From: a virus
IMG/VR virus record: IMGVR_UViG_3300008255_000048
DNA: 41,255 bases
Strand: one strand, 5' to 3'
Part shown: positions 32,301-41,049 of the stretch, piece by piece
Numbering within the stretch: position 1 is the first letter of the stretch
Layout: every line of letters starts with the position of its first letter
Translations under genes and position numbers: made by a program
Notes under the pieces: generated by a model
The model's database searches: none
What the model was told of the DNA's origin: nothing
The model's input: only the letters and a program-made list of their open reading frames with translations

Positions 32301-35135
32301 ACGTCCGGCGATGAAATGCTTGTTGCCCTGATCGGGGCGCGCAAACCAAAGGATGCCATTCAGGCCGAGGTGGACCGCCTGATGCGGGAGCGGTTTGGCG
32401 ACATTCGCACTGATGGCACTGTGGAGCGTGAGGCGCTTCAAGCCGTCCATAATGAGCCGCAGATCAGAGCCATGAGTGCAGAGGCTGATGTGCTGGCTAA
32501 GCGCGCTGGCAGACAGCCAATTCCACTGAATGCAATCAAGGCTTGGGCAGATAACGAAATAAATACGCGTCCGATCCGGGACGTAATTCAACCTGGCCGG
32601 TATGCCATTAAAGCGCGCGACCTTCATAAGAGGGCGATCCGCGCCGCAGCGCGTGAGCAGTGGATGGACGCGATGCGCTACACGCATCAGGCGATGGCGC
32701 AACATGAACTGGCGAGGCGCGCGTTCAAGGCGCGCGAGGAAATCGAGAAGATCAATCGCCGCGTTTCGACTAGCAGGAATCGCAGCGTAAAAACAGCGTC
32801 GAAAACGATGGACCCGCAGTTTCTGCGCGCCGCAAAGAATTTGATCGCGCTCTATGATGGCCGCGCCGAGGACGCTAAGGTCGCGCGTAACGATCTGATC
32901 AAGTGGGCTGATGAGATCAATGCAGGGGATTATCCCGGTGAGATTGGTTTGCCGACATCTCTGCTGGAAAATGACGTGCGCGCAATGCGTGAAATGTCGT
33001 TTGAGCAATTGCGTGATTTTGACCGATCGGTTCGCAATATCGAGTATGTCGGGCGTCGTAACAGTGAGGCTGAACTGGCTGCGTTCAAAGAAGAAAATGC
33101 CCGCTTTGCCGAGGGCATTCTTGAAAACGCACGACGCAAAAAACCACGCGCCCGCGATCCTACCGGTGTGCTCAATGCCGTCCAGCGGTTTGGCGAAACG
33201 GCGGACGCCCAAATCACGCGATGGTCATTTATCCTTGAAGCGCTGGACGGGTTTGATCCTGACGGGCCTATGCAGCGGGAGTTTGATGGTGAACTGCGCG
33301 CCGCAAGTTCTGATGAATTAAACCGAAACGATGCCGACGCGAAGAAATTGCGCGATATTCTCAATGAGTTTGGCATAACGCAGGGCGACATGAACCGCCG
33401 TGTCCATGTACCACAGCTGGACCCGAATAATCCGGTTCGCATGGAGACGCTGATTTCACTCGCTTTGAACATGGGTAATGATGGGAATATCAGCCGTGTG
33501 CTCAATGACCCTACGATTTTGGCTGAGGACCCGGAAGCGATTGTTTCCATGCTGGATCAGCATCTTGAAAAGCGCCATTGGGACGGTGTGCAGGCGGTAT
33601 GGGATTATATTGACACCAAATGGCCCGAGCTGTCAGCGCTTGAGCAGCGGGTCAAGGGCGTTGCTCCTGCCAAGGTGGAGGCGTCTCCCATCACAACCCG
33701 TCACGGCACTTATGCGGGCGGATATTATCCGATTGCCTACGACCGAACGAGCGTTCAAAATCAGGACATTGCCGAGGGCACCGATCAGGAGCGCTATGAT
33801 AGCTGGAAGGATGGCGGCTCTGTCCGGGCCTCAACGCGGCAGGGACATGCCGAAGCCCGTCTGAAAAATGCCGGGAGCCGTCCGCTTGATCTTAGCCTGT
33901 CGGTGGCGCTGCAACATCTTCAGCAGGTCAATAAAGATATTGCCATGCGCGAGACAGTGACGCGGCTTGACCGCCGCCTGCGCGCGCCGGAAGTCAGAGA
34001 GGCCATTTTCGCCACGCAGGGCCGGGAAATTTATCAAGCAATGCAAACCATTCTTCGCCGAACGGTGGCTGGTTTGGAGCGCCCGGCGACTATTCCTGAA
34101 AAGCTGATCCGCCGCGCCCGCGTGAATTGGGCTGTGTCCATTCTCGGCCTGTCGGTGCGAACGGTTTTGCTTCAGCCTACCTCGCTCATTCAGACAGTCG
34201 TTCCGAAATACGGACTGAAAACAGTTCGCCGTGGTTATGCAGAATTCTGGCTCGGCAATGGCGTTACAGGACCTGCTAAGAGCCTGTCATTTATTACTGA
34301 GCGGTCATCGTTCATGCGTGAGCGCGTCACAACGGCAACACGAGAACTATACGACAACATCAAGGCGCAGAAAATTCACGCCCGATGGGGCCGCATTCAG
34401 GCGATGAGTTTGAAGCCGATGGTTATGATGGAGATCATGGCCGTGGGTGGTCCAATCTGGATGGGTGTTTATCGTGCCCAAATTGAGGCTGGCGCAAGCG
34501 AGCGTGATGCTATTTCTGCGGGCGACCGCGCTGTTGCGACGACACAGGGCTCTGGCCTGCCGATGGATCAAAGTGTGCTCCAGGGCGGCAATGAGATTGC
34601 CAGGGCCTTCACGTTTATGTGGGGCTATATGTCGGGCGTTTATGGTCTGACGCGATCAAAGATAGGTGATTTCAAAAGCACACGGGAAGTGTTTCCGCTC
34701 GTTTCGGCAATGGCCCTCATGTATGTCGTTCCGGGCTTTATCGAGGCTCTTCTGGACGCGCCGGATGATGACGATGAGACTTATCTTGACCGTGTTTTGA
34801 AGCGTCAGCTTTCGACGGTGACGGGCGCGGTTCCGGGTCTTTCTCTGGTTTCGGGGGTGTGGGCATATGGATCAGACTCTTTTGCTCTCGACCGCACATT
34901 CAAGGACACAGGCCGTGCGTGGGAGTCCTATCAGACTATTGGTCAGGATTTGTGGGAAGATGGCCATACCGATGGTGAGGCTGTTCGTGCCGCGCTTCTG
35001 CGCACCGGGGACGCGCTGACCACTATCATAGGCATTCCCGGCTGGGCTCAGTTCAAGCGGACATACCGTACGCTTACTGAAGATGATGATCCGACGCTGT
35101 ATGAGGCGCTTGTGAGCGGGCCGGATCGGAAATGA
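29301..35135 (+). CDS. Giant internal virion/ejection protein (1944 aa) with an HExxH zincin-like motif; polyvalent-protein-like
   Basis: ATG 29301 overlaps the upstream gene by 11 nt. HETAH lies at 31569-31583 in the context SFLHETAHIYLELL...HETFAESFEVYLMEGKAPS...FRKFRAWFLQVYR. The C-terminal third has several hydrophobic segments. Confidence 0.7.
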   Translation: MTADPFETAASRRSAETLSDPFEAARQRRAQRAEATHRYVRDTNPDEAAEALSLSDALQVPFTFAMRNRAAMVQAVDDRDIQTYLRNSPLTSAFMSQPEQAAVTSDSVRELAEIERLIAERNAPRRSIARQVVEVPRTAAAGALSLGGGLAGLADLYEASYVIPVSRFLNERTGGGLDAFNQVGPDVINRVAEAVTPTTLLRNAGEGFENLADAVRPDDPGFVDQIGEALGQIAGAVGLSLGTSNPAPVVGLFSGLGARQQSERMRSLGIDPNENPDALIQGATVTGATEALRLGSIMRVLPASVRSRVASSVFARIAGQAGEEAAQEAVENIGQNLIAQGYDAEARLFEGVAQEATTAGTASAIFQGLVEVALPGRARQARARQEAETMTQLREAVEQVPAFQRSREAIESFLNNATEAQTVFLDDEGVTALYQTEGFDVLRSLGVTEDQVSAAFAGNDVEISASRLLTVQDRAQYDRLVEITRIDPDADTLAEAANAAFNAAREIDYSEALARLRDEEQSLEGFEIVQENVTQQLQNAGRSLEESQTAGVLWGAIFRTIEERFGVDSARTFERLGLNIQRADAQQRRADLTDLLIEDLRRDAIPSEAEAFGPTLQDYARDEGLIARRGELELDDAALDAFGERATELGFFPERPSANDIRQALEGGPVYLESNRNEPVAQRREALLSLQEQVRGSGIDLADASNDAVRSALGDVLNQEGKGDARAQVLIPGGGVLSDQDTIVRLSQAADKTSFLHETAHIYLELLAEMESENDAVAADMATIREWLGSEPGAKLTREQHETFAESFEVYLMEGKAPSTEMKGVFRKFRAWFLQVYRNLRGQLPALNDEAREIFDRMLATDDEITAARNGYALTLSSVMEGLMDSDEVGRYREDARRAGDVAFDRLLRKHIAQIQRRETRRYKDGLREVEQQVRSEIMAMPVYRAFADLTRPDGPKLDKAAIIEMRGASAPAAIPRSSRAVYAAKGGVHPDVVANDYGFTSGDEMLVALIGARKPKDAIQAEVDRLMRERFGDIRTDGTVEREALQAVHNEPQIRAMSAEADVLAKRAGRQPIPLNAIKAWADNEINTRPIRDVIQPGRYAIKARDLHKRAIRAAAREQWMDAMRYTHQAMAQHELARRAFKAREEIEKINRRVSTSRNRSVKTASKTMDPQFLRAAKNLIALYDGRAEDAKVARNDLIKWADEINAGDYPGEIGLPTSLLENDVRAMREMSFEQLRDFDRSVRNIEYVGRRNSEAELAAFKEENARFAEGILENARRKKPRARDPTGVLNAVQRFGETADAQITRWSFILEALDGFDPDGPMQREFDGELRAASSDELNRNDADAKKLRDILNEFGITQGDMNRRVHVPQLDPNNPVRMETLISLALNMGNDGNISRVLNDPTILAEDPEAIVSMLDQHLEKRHWDGVQAVWDYIDTKWPELSALEQRVKGVAPAKVEASPITTRHGTYAGGYYPIAYDRTSVQNQDIAEGTDQERYDSWKDGGSVRASTRQGHAEARLKNAGSRPLDLSLSVALQHLQQVNKDIAMRETVTRLDRRLRAPEVREAIFATQGREIYQAMQTILRRTVAGLERPATIPEKLIRRARVNWAVSILGLSVRTVLLQPTSLIQTVVPKYGLKTVRRGYAEFWLGNGVTGPAKSLSFITERSSFMRERVTTATRELYDNIKAQKIHARWGRIQAMSLKPMVMMEIMAVGGPIWMGVYRAQIEAGASERDAISAGDRAVATTQGSGLPMDQSVLQGGNEIARAFTFMWGYMSGVYGLTRSKIGDFKSTREVFPLVSAMALMYVVPGFIEALLDAPDDDDETYLDRVLKRQLSTVTGAVPGLSLVSGVWAYGSDSFALDRTFKDTGRAWESYQTIGQDLWEDGHTDGEAVRAALLRTGDALTTIIGIPGWAQFKRTYRTLTEDDDPTLYEALVSGPDRK

Positions 35136-35169
35136 TCAATTTAACTGAAACACCTACTGGAGTAATGCC

Positions 35170-38100
35170 ATGACCGTTTCCTCAGAAACCTCCAAAGTCG
35201 TTTTGTCCGGAGACGGCGCAAACAAGAGCTTTCCGTTTGGCTTCAAGATTTTTCTGTCCGATGACCTTGAAGTGCGAAAAACAGATAGTGTTGGCGTGGA
35301 GACGGTTGTTTCCTCGTCTAACTACTCGGTGACGATCAACGGGGAGAGTGGCGGAACCGTTACATATCCGACGAGCGGAGCGGCATTGGCTGCAAACGAA
35401 AAGCTGACGCTTGCCCGCAAGCCTGCAATGACACAGACATTTGACTTCACGAATCAGGGCGCATTCCTAGCCCAGAACCATGAAGATGCCTTTGACAAGG
35501 TGGTGATGATGGCTCTGGAGCTTAAGGAGGAAAGCGACCGCTCCTTCAAGAAGCAGATTTCAGACGAAAGCGGTGCCTCTCTGGTCTTGCCGGACCTGAC
35601 CAGCCGGGCAAACAAGACGTTCAACTTTGATGCCAACGGCGATCTGCAATTGACCGAGTTGGGCTCGATTGAGGCCGTATCTGGCAGCATCTCCTCAATC
35701 AATACTGTGGCCGCAGATTTGAACGGTGGCAACACTATTGGAGCGGTTGCGGCAAACCTTTCAGGAAGCGATACTGTCGGGGCGGCGGCTACGCTGGTAA
35801 ATGCAGGATCGCCGGGCTTTCCGTCAATCGCATCAGCAGGGACGGTTAATGTTCGCTCGATTACGGCTGGTACTGGTATTGGCGTCAGCAATGGCAATGG
35901 TGTCAGCGCGAACCCGGCTATATCCCTGTCGCATCTTGGGCTGGAAAGCCTGACTGATCCGGGCGCTGACCGTATCTTGTTCTGGGACGACAGCGCGAAT
36001 GTGAGCGCGTGGGGGGTGGTCGGCAATGGCCTTTCTCTGACTGGCACGACGCTGGCGACTAACGATTCAGCAATTGACCATGATGTGCTGGCCAACTTTG
36101 TCGCTGATGAGCATGTGGCGCACTCCGGCGTGTCGATTATTGCAGGCGCTGGCCTGACTGGTGGTGGCACGATTGAAACGACACGTACGCTCAATGTCGG
36201 TGCCGGGACGGGTATTGTAGTGGCTGCAGATGCGATCAGCCTTTCTCACCTTGGTCTGGAAGGCTTGACGGGACAGGTGGCGGATCGTGTTGCGTTCTGG
36301 GACGCTAGCGCATCGGCTTTTGGGTGGCTGACGATGGGCTCCGGTCTTACGCTGACTGGAACGACGCTGACCTCTGATGTGCAGAGTGTTTCTGGAAAAA
36401 CCGGCGCAGTTGTTCTTGGTACAGATGACGTGGCTGAAGCATCAAATCTTTACTTTACGAACGCGCGCGCCGATGCCCGCGTTTCCAATGCGGTGGGATT
36501 AACGGTTCAGGCGTGGGACACTGATCTTGATACCTACGCGGCCAATCCATTGACAGCGGCGGAGTTGGGTCAGCTTCAAAATATCGGTGCAACGACTATC
36601 AGCGCAGGTCAATGGGGGTATCTTGGCGGGGCGGGAGCTTATGCCTCAACTCTTCTTGCTCCAATAAATGAGGCAGCGTTCAAGGCGGCAATCAATGCCG
36701 AGGCTGGTGTGGACTTTCTCGCCTACGATGCCAACCTACAGGGCTTTGTCGCTGCGCACACTCTTCCGACTTCTGGCGGCACGAGCGGGCAGGTATTGGC
36801 AACAGACGGTGCGGGGGCGGTTACGTGGAAATCCGTTGTCGCGACCGGCACTATTGCCACTCAGGATGCAAATAGCGTTTCTATTACCGGTGGGTCAATT
36901 ACCGGCATCAATAGCCTGGGTGTTTCTGGCGATCTGGATATCGGAGGCAAGTTTACCATTCTCCAGCCCGGTGCGACGGCGGCTGATACTCTAACGGCAA
37001 TCCACGCCGCCCGCGATGCACTCAGCACAGGCGGAACAATCATGCTTGCGCCGGGCAAGACGTTTACAATCAACGGTGACATCAACATGTCCGTTGACGG
37101 GCAGACGCTTCACATTCCTGACGAAACAACGCTAGTCTCTGACGGATCAACGCGCCGCGCTATCCGGGTGACGGGAGAGGATTGCACTGTTTGCGGAAAC
37201 GGCGAGCTTGATAAGGTTTCGGTGAACATAGGTAGCTATTCAATCGTAGGAGAGGGACTGGGCGCGCGCGTTCTGGGCAATTTGAAATTCGTTGATACTA
37301 CGTCGCGGGCGATTGACGTAGCGGATGCCTACAGCGCTACAAAGCCAATTCTTATTGAGGGTGCCTATGTCTATTGGACGGCCTCTGGTGTGGCGGCAGC
37401 AAAAACAGTTTTGCCGCTTAACATCAACATAAATACGTTTGCTGCGGCGGCTACAGGCCAGAATGTTCATGTGCGTAACTGTGTGGTGGATTACAGCGCA
37501 TGGTCGGAAAAGGACTTGGCCGAGCTGCAATATCCATCTTCTAACAATCCGAACGCTATTGGCATCCGCATTCGAGCCAATAACGAAAGTGTGTTCAAAA
37601 ACTGGACCGTTGACGGCTGCCGGGTTATCATGCCCATTCCTACAGCTACAAATTCTTGGGACCCCACCACCTACGGAAATGCCGCAGATGGGGCCGGTGG
37701 GCGTCGTCCTACCTGTTTTGAAATCACAGCCATTCGGGCAACTATAAATTACACGTCAAAATCGGGGACGTTCAGCTCGGGTGAGACAGTTACAGGCGGA
37801 ACGTCTGGCGCGACCTGCATTGTGGATACGGATAGCACGACGAGCTTCACATCATATAACGAATTTGGCTGCTTTAAAGATGGCGAGACTCTGACGGGCG
37901 GAACATCTGGCGCAACTGCGATATTTGCCAGCCGCGTTGGCCACCTTCAAAACGGAAAGTTTTCAAATAACACGGCTATTGGCGGAGATTTGCAATTCAG
38001 TTTTGGCAAGGGCCACGACATTTCTTTCGACGGCAACCGCGCGACTGGAGATTGCACATCATATTGCGTTGAATATGCTGGCGGGGAATTGATTTATGGT

Positions 38101-39273
38101 AGTGGCAATTTATTTGATTCACGTCTAGCAGGGAAGGCAGTAAGTTGCACAAATACTCGCAATGTTGTCTTGCCGGGTTCATATATTCGTGCAGGGAAAA
38201 ACACGACCGGAGTCTTCTCGACATCTAACACCGGAATTAGCTGCGAAGGTATAAACCGGATTGACCTGTCCGGCTCTACAATTGTTGCAGGGGCTGACGG
38301 CATAGACCTTATGCGCATCCGAACCACGTCTATGGAAACGGTTATCAACCTGACCGGAACGACATGGGCGGGGACGGGCTATAGCACGATCAATGGAGTC
38401 CGGTTTGATCAGGGCGTTGCTCATACGATCAATCTGACTGGCGCGAATTTCTATGATATTGATACTAACTCCATTCTTATCGACAGCGGGCAAACGCTTG
38501 ATCAGCTTATCACAATTGGGTGCGCAGGGTTCAATGCAGGCGCTTACACCAACAACGGCACTGTCACCACGCATGTGGACGGGTTCAATGTTGGTATTTC
38601 CGGGCTTTCTGCCGGGGCGTCAGGCGCTCTTCTGGCTGCAAACAATCTGTCTGACTTGGCCAGCGCTTCAACCGCCCGCACGAACCTCGGTCTGGGGACG
38701 ATTGCGACACAGGCGGCTACGTCTGTTAATATCGACGGTGGTGCTATTGACGGAACGGCTATTGGCGCAACCAGCCGTGCCGCTGGTTATTTCAGCGTTG
38801 CGGCGGTTGGAACCAGTAGCACGTCTGATACTTTTGAGGTTAAAAGCGCCGGCAACACTACGTCAAGAATATCCTCAACCTTTAGCAACTCAACAGCAAC
38901 GGGGCTAATTATTGACACGACTGGAGATGGCAGTACTGGCCGGATAGTCTTTAGTAAGGCTGGAACAAGCAGGGGTATATTTAAATATGCTCACAGCGCC
39001 TCTGGCGTCGGCGAAATTTTTAGCGTCAATGTGGCGGGCGGAACTGACGAGCTTCAAATCCGGGGAGACAGCCGCGCCACGCTCTTCGCAACAGGTGCGT
39101 TTGATTACAATGGTCTTTATGTAGGCGGGGTGCTTGCCATTGCGCCGGGAACGTCTGTCACGCCTCAGAATAATGGAGACGTGGTAATTGAGGCAACAAA
39201 TAACACGACACTTACGTTCAAACTGAAGGGGAGTGACGGCACTGTCCGTTCTGGCACTCTTGCGCTTTCTTGA
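35170..39273 (+). CDS. Tail fibre/tailspike (1367 aa) with internal duplications and a probable beta-helix central region
   Basis: The segment ISLSHLGLE(S/G)LT...FWD.SA...G.GL(S/T)LTGTTL occurs twice. NLSDLASASTARTNLGLGTIATQ-type fibre motifs are present. It lies after the ejection proteins and before the lysis genes. Confidence 0.75.
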   Translation: MTVSSETSKVVLSGDGANKSFPFGFKIFLSDDLEVRKTDSVGVETVVSSSNYSVTINGESGGTVTYPTSGAALAANEKLTLARKPAMTQTFDFTNQGAFLAQNHEDAFDKVVMMALELKEESDRSFKKQISDESGASLVLPDLTSRANKTFNFDANGDLQLTELGSIEAVSGSISSINTVAADLNGGNTIGAVAANLSGSDTVGAAATLVNAGSPGFPSIASAGTVNVRSITAGTGIGVSNGNGVSANPAISLSHLGLESLTDPGADRILFWDDSANVSAWGVVGNGLSLTGTTLATNDSAIDHDVLANFVADEHVAHSGVSIIAGAGLTGGGTIETTRTLNVGAGTGIVVAADAISLSHLGLEGLTGQVADRVAFWDASASAFGWLTMGSGLTLTGTTLTSDVQSVSGKTGAVVLGTDDVAEASNLYFTNARADARVSNAVGLTVQAWDTDLDTYAANPLTAAELGQLQNIGATTISAGQWGYLGGAGAYASTLLAPINEAAFKAAINAEAGVDFLAYDANLQGFVAAHTLPTSGGTSGQVLATDGAGAVTWKSVVATGTIATQDANSVSITGGSITGINSLGVSGDLDIGGKFTILQPGATAADTLTAIHAARDALSTGGTIMLAPGKTFTINGDINMSVDGQTLHIPDETTLVSDGSTRRAIRVTGEDCTVCGNGELDKVSVNIGSYSIVGEGLGARVLGNLKFVDTTSRAIDVADAYSATKPILIEGAYVYWTASGVAAAKTVLPLNININTFAAAATGQNVHVRNCVVDYSAWSEKDLAELQYPSSNNPNAIGIRIRANNESVFKNWTVDGCRVIMPIPTATNSWDPTTYGNAADGAGGRRPTCFEITAIRATINYTSKSGTFSSGETVTGGTSGATCIVDTDSTTSFTSYNEFGCFKDGETLTGGTSGATAIFASRVGHLQNGKFSNNTAIGGDLQFSFGKGHDISFDGNRATGDCTSYCVEYAGGELIYGSGNLFDSRLAGKAVSCTNTRNVVLPGSYIRAGKNTTGVFSTSNTGISCEGINRIDLSGSTIVAGADGIDLMRIRTTSMETVINLTGTTWAGTGYSTINGVRFDQGVAHTINLTGANFYDIDTNSILIDSGQTLDQLITIGCAGFNAGAYTNNGTVTTHVDGFNVGISGLSAGASGALLAANNLSDLASASTARTNLGLGTIATQAATSVNIDGGAIDGTAIGATSRAAGYFSVAAVGTSSTSDTFEVKSAGNTTSRISSTFSNSTATGLIIDTTGDGSTGRIVFSKAGTSRGIFKYAHSASGVGEIFSVNVAGGTDELQIRGDSRATLFATGAFDYNGLYVGGVLAIAPGTSVTPQNNGDVVIEATNNTTLTFKLKGSDGTVRSGTLALS

Positions 39274-39302
39274 TGCCACCCGGCGAAACAGGGGAAATTG
39301 AA

Positions 39303-39548
39303 ATGACGGCAAATGAGCTAAGCCCTTTGACGGGGTGGCACCTTGATAAAAAAGTGCCACTAGCACTGATTTCGGCACTTGTGATGCAAACCGCAGTCTT
39401 CGGTATGTGGGTTGGCTCGATCAATACCCGCGTAGAGGCTCTGGAGAACCGGCAGGTCGCGCTTGAAGAATTGCGGGACAAGATGATCAGGGTGGAGGTC
39501 TTGCTGGAAACCTTGGCGCAAAGACTTGACCGCGAGAGAATGGAGTAG
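39303..39548 (+). CDS. Single-TM coiled-coil protein, holin/lysis-regulator candidate (alternative start ATG 39273)
   Basis: aggggaaattgaa precedes ATG 39303. It has one TM (VPLALISALVMQTAVFGMWVG) followed by a coiled coil, and is the first gene of the lysis cassette. Confidence 0.5.
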   Translation: MTANELSPLTGWHLDKKVPLALISALVMQTAVFGMWVGSINTRVEALENRQVALEELRDKMIRVEVLLETLAQRLDRERME

Positions 39549-39551
39549 ATT

Positions 39552-39740
39552 ATGACCTTTGATCTTGAATCAGCAAGGCGCTGGCCTAGACCTTTGATGG
39601 GATGGATATGCTTGCCATTGATACCGATTGCTGTTTTATTCCCGGCGGTAGGCTCTGAAAAGCTAATCCCTCTTTTGGGGTTTGCCGCTGCACTTTATGG
39701 GATAAGAGCTTGGGAGCGCCGAAATGAATCTGACACCTAA
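39552..39740 (+). CDS. Two-TM small membrane protein, holin candidate
   Basis: 62 aa. GWICLPLIPIAVLFPAV and LIPLLGFAAALYGI are hydrophobic segments. It overlaps the endolysin start. Confidence 0.55.
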   Translation: MTFDLESARRWPRPLMGWICLPLIPIAVLFPAVGSEKLIPLLGFAAALYGIRAWERRNESDT

Positions 39741-40167
39741 TTTCAAACTGTCGGAATTTACCAGGTCCGACAAGGCGGCTGAATTGAACCTCGATAACAC
39801 GCCGGGGCCGGAGCATCTCTGCAATTTGGAGGTCGCGGCGCTAGGGCTGGAAATGGTGCGGGCGCTATTCGGTGGCAAGCCGGTGACAATCACGTCCGGC
39901 TATCGCAATCCGCGCGTCAATGCGGCGGTCGGCGGTGTGGTCAATTCAGACCATGCACTCGGCTATGCGGCGGACATCTCGATTGCGGACGTGCATCCCT
40001 ATGATGTAGCTGCGACGATTGCCGAAAGCGATATTGTCTTTGATCAACTGATTTATGAAAAGCGCAGGCGCATCACGCATATCAGCTTTAACCCCCGCCT
40101 TCGCGGCCAGACCTTATCGCAGCATGAAGGCCCGCGAGGGGGATCCATGCAGGGGATTGTGCCGTGA
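39724..40167 (+). CDS. Endolysin, peptidase M15 (D-Ala-D-Ala carboxypeptidase/L-Ala-D-Glu peptidase-like)
   Basis: 147 aa. NFKLSEFTRSD...PVTITSGYRNPRVNAAVGGVVNSDHALGYAADI matches the Peptidase_M15 zinc-ligand pattern. Confidence 0.8.
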   Translation: MNLTPNFKLSEFTRSDKAAELNLDNTPGPEHLCNLEVAALGLEMVRALFGGKPVTITSGYRNPRVNAAVGGVVNSDHALGYAADISIADVHPYDVAATIAESDIVFDQLIYEKRRRITHISFNPRLRGQTLSQHEGPRGGSMQGIVP

Positions 40168-40607
40168 TCGGCCTTTCCGACATCGCCTCCCGGCTTCCGC
40201 TCACAGCATGGACGGCTATCGGCGCGGTGCTGATCATGTCCGTTCCGCTCGGCGTTCAGACCGTCCGGCTGGGCATGGTCACGGACAGCCGCGATGAATG
40301 GAAAGCGCAGGTCATGGACCCGGAGACCGGCTATCTCGCCCGGCTTACCACGTGCCGTGGAAGTGTGCTGACACTGACAGACGCGATTGAAGATAGCAAC
40401 GAGGCCGTGACCGCACTGGAAGCCGACAGTGCGGCGCGTATTGCTGCCGCCGAACTTGAGGCTAAGGCTGCCCGGCAAGAAGTGGCCGATGCACTGGCAC
40501 GTGCCGAACGTATTATCGCCCGCCCGATTTCAGGATCAAATATGTGCGAGCGTGTCGAGGACGTTCACAGCGCCTTCATGGCCGAGCTGGAAGGGGACAC
40601 GCAATGA
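40164..40607 (+). CDS. i-spanin (Rz-like)
   Basis: GTG start overlaps the endolysin stop. It has an N-terminal TM (LTAWTAIGAVLIMSVPLGV) and a coiled-coil periplasmic part. Confidence 0.65.
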   Translation: MIGLSDIASRLPLTAWTAIGAVLIMSVPLGVQTVRLGMVTDSRDEWKAQVMDPETGYLARLTTCRGSVLTLTDAIEDSNEAVTALEADSAARIAAAELEAKAARQEVADALARAERIIARPISGSNMCERVEDVHSAFMAELEGDTQ

Positions 40608-40882
40608 AATGGATATTGATTGCCCTCGCGCTTGCCTTGCCCGCCTGCACCACCACAGCGCCGCCAGAGCCCGTTGTGCGGACAATCGAGGTTCGGGTGC
40701 CGGTTGCTGTCCCGTGCGTCCCTGACGGCGTATCAGAGCCGCCGGAATACGTTGACAGCCGCGAAGCCCTGCTTGCCTCCCGTGATGACCCCGCTCTGGC
40801 CTATGCGCTGGTGCAGGCCGGACGCGATCAGCGCGATGCCCGGCTGGCCTTGCTGGAGCCCGTTGTGCGGGGATGCCGATAG
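40604..40882 (+). CDS. o-spanin (Rz1-like outer-membrane lipoprotein)
   Basis: ATG 40604 overlaps the i-spanin stop (ATGA). It has a signal peptide with a lipobox (MKWILIALALALPAC). Confidence 0.7.
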   Translation: MKWILIALALALPACTTTAPPEPVVRTIEVRVPVAVPCVPDGVSEPPEYVDSREALLASRDDPALAYALVQAGRDQRDARLALLEPVVRGCR

Positions 40883-40898
40883 GATTAAGAGCTGCATG

Positions 40899-40942
40899 AA
40901 AAAGCCGCCGCTAGGTCCCCTGGTAAGGTTTAGCGACGGCTT
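40899..40942. terminator. Hairpin downstream of the late operon; its intrinsic-terminator geometry is better on the minus strand
   Basis: gccgccgcta (40904-40913) pairs with tagcgacggc (40931-40940), with one mismatch and a 17-nt loop. An A5 run precedes it (a U5 run on the minus strand). It lies 17 nt after the o-spanin stop. Confidence 0.45.
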
Positions 40943-40987
40943 GTGGTCGGCACACCAAGCTGGCTGCCTCAATGCATTATGTATATA

Positions 40988-41003
40988 TTGACGCTGCCGT
41001 CAA
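40988..41003. promoter_or_regulatory. Perfect palindrome TTGACGctgcCGTCAA upstream of the junction-spanning HTH gene; doubles as two opposed -35-like boxes
   Basis: Read directly from the sequence. On the minus strand TTGACG is followed 16 nt later by CATAAT (40981..40976). Confidence 0.4.
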
Positions 41004-41049
41004 GAAGCGAATGAGCCGAAGCCGTGTCTGACTTGTAAAAGGGATAACG

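Noticed and set aside
35170-39273. Diversity-generating retroelement, considered because the head genes look BPP-1-like
   Set aside because: No reverse transcriptase ORF exists anywhere in the window. No template/variable repeat pair with adenine-specific mismatches was seen near the fibre 3' end.
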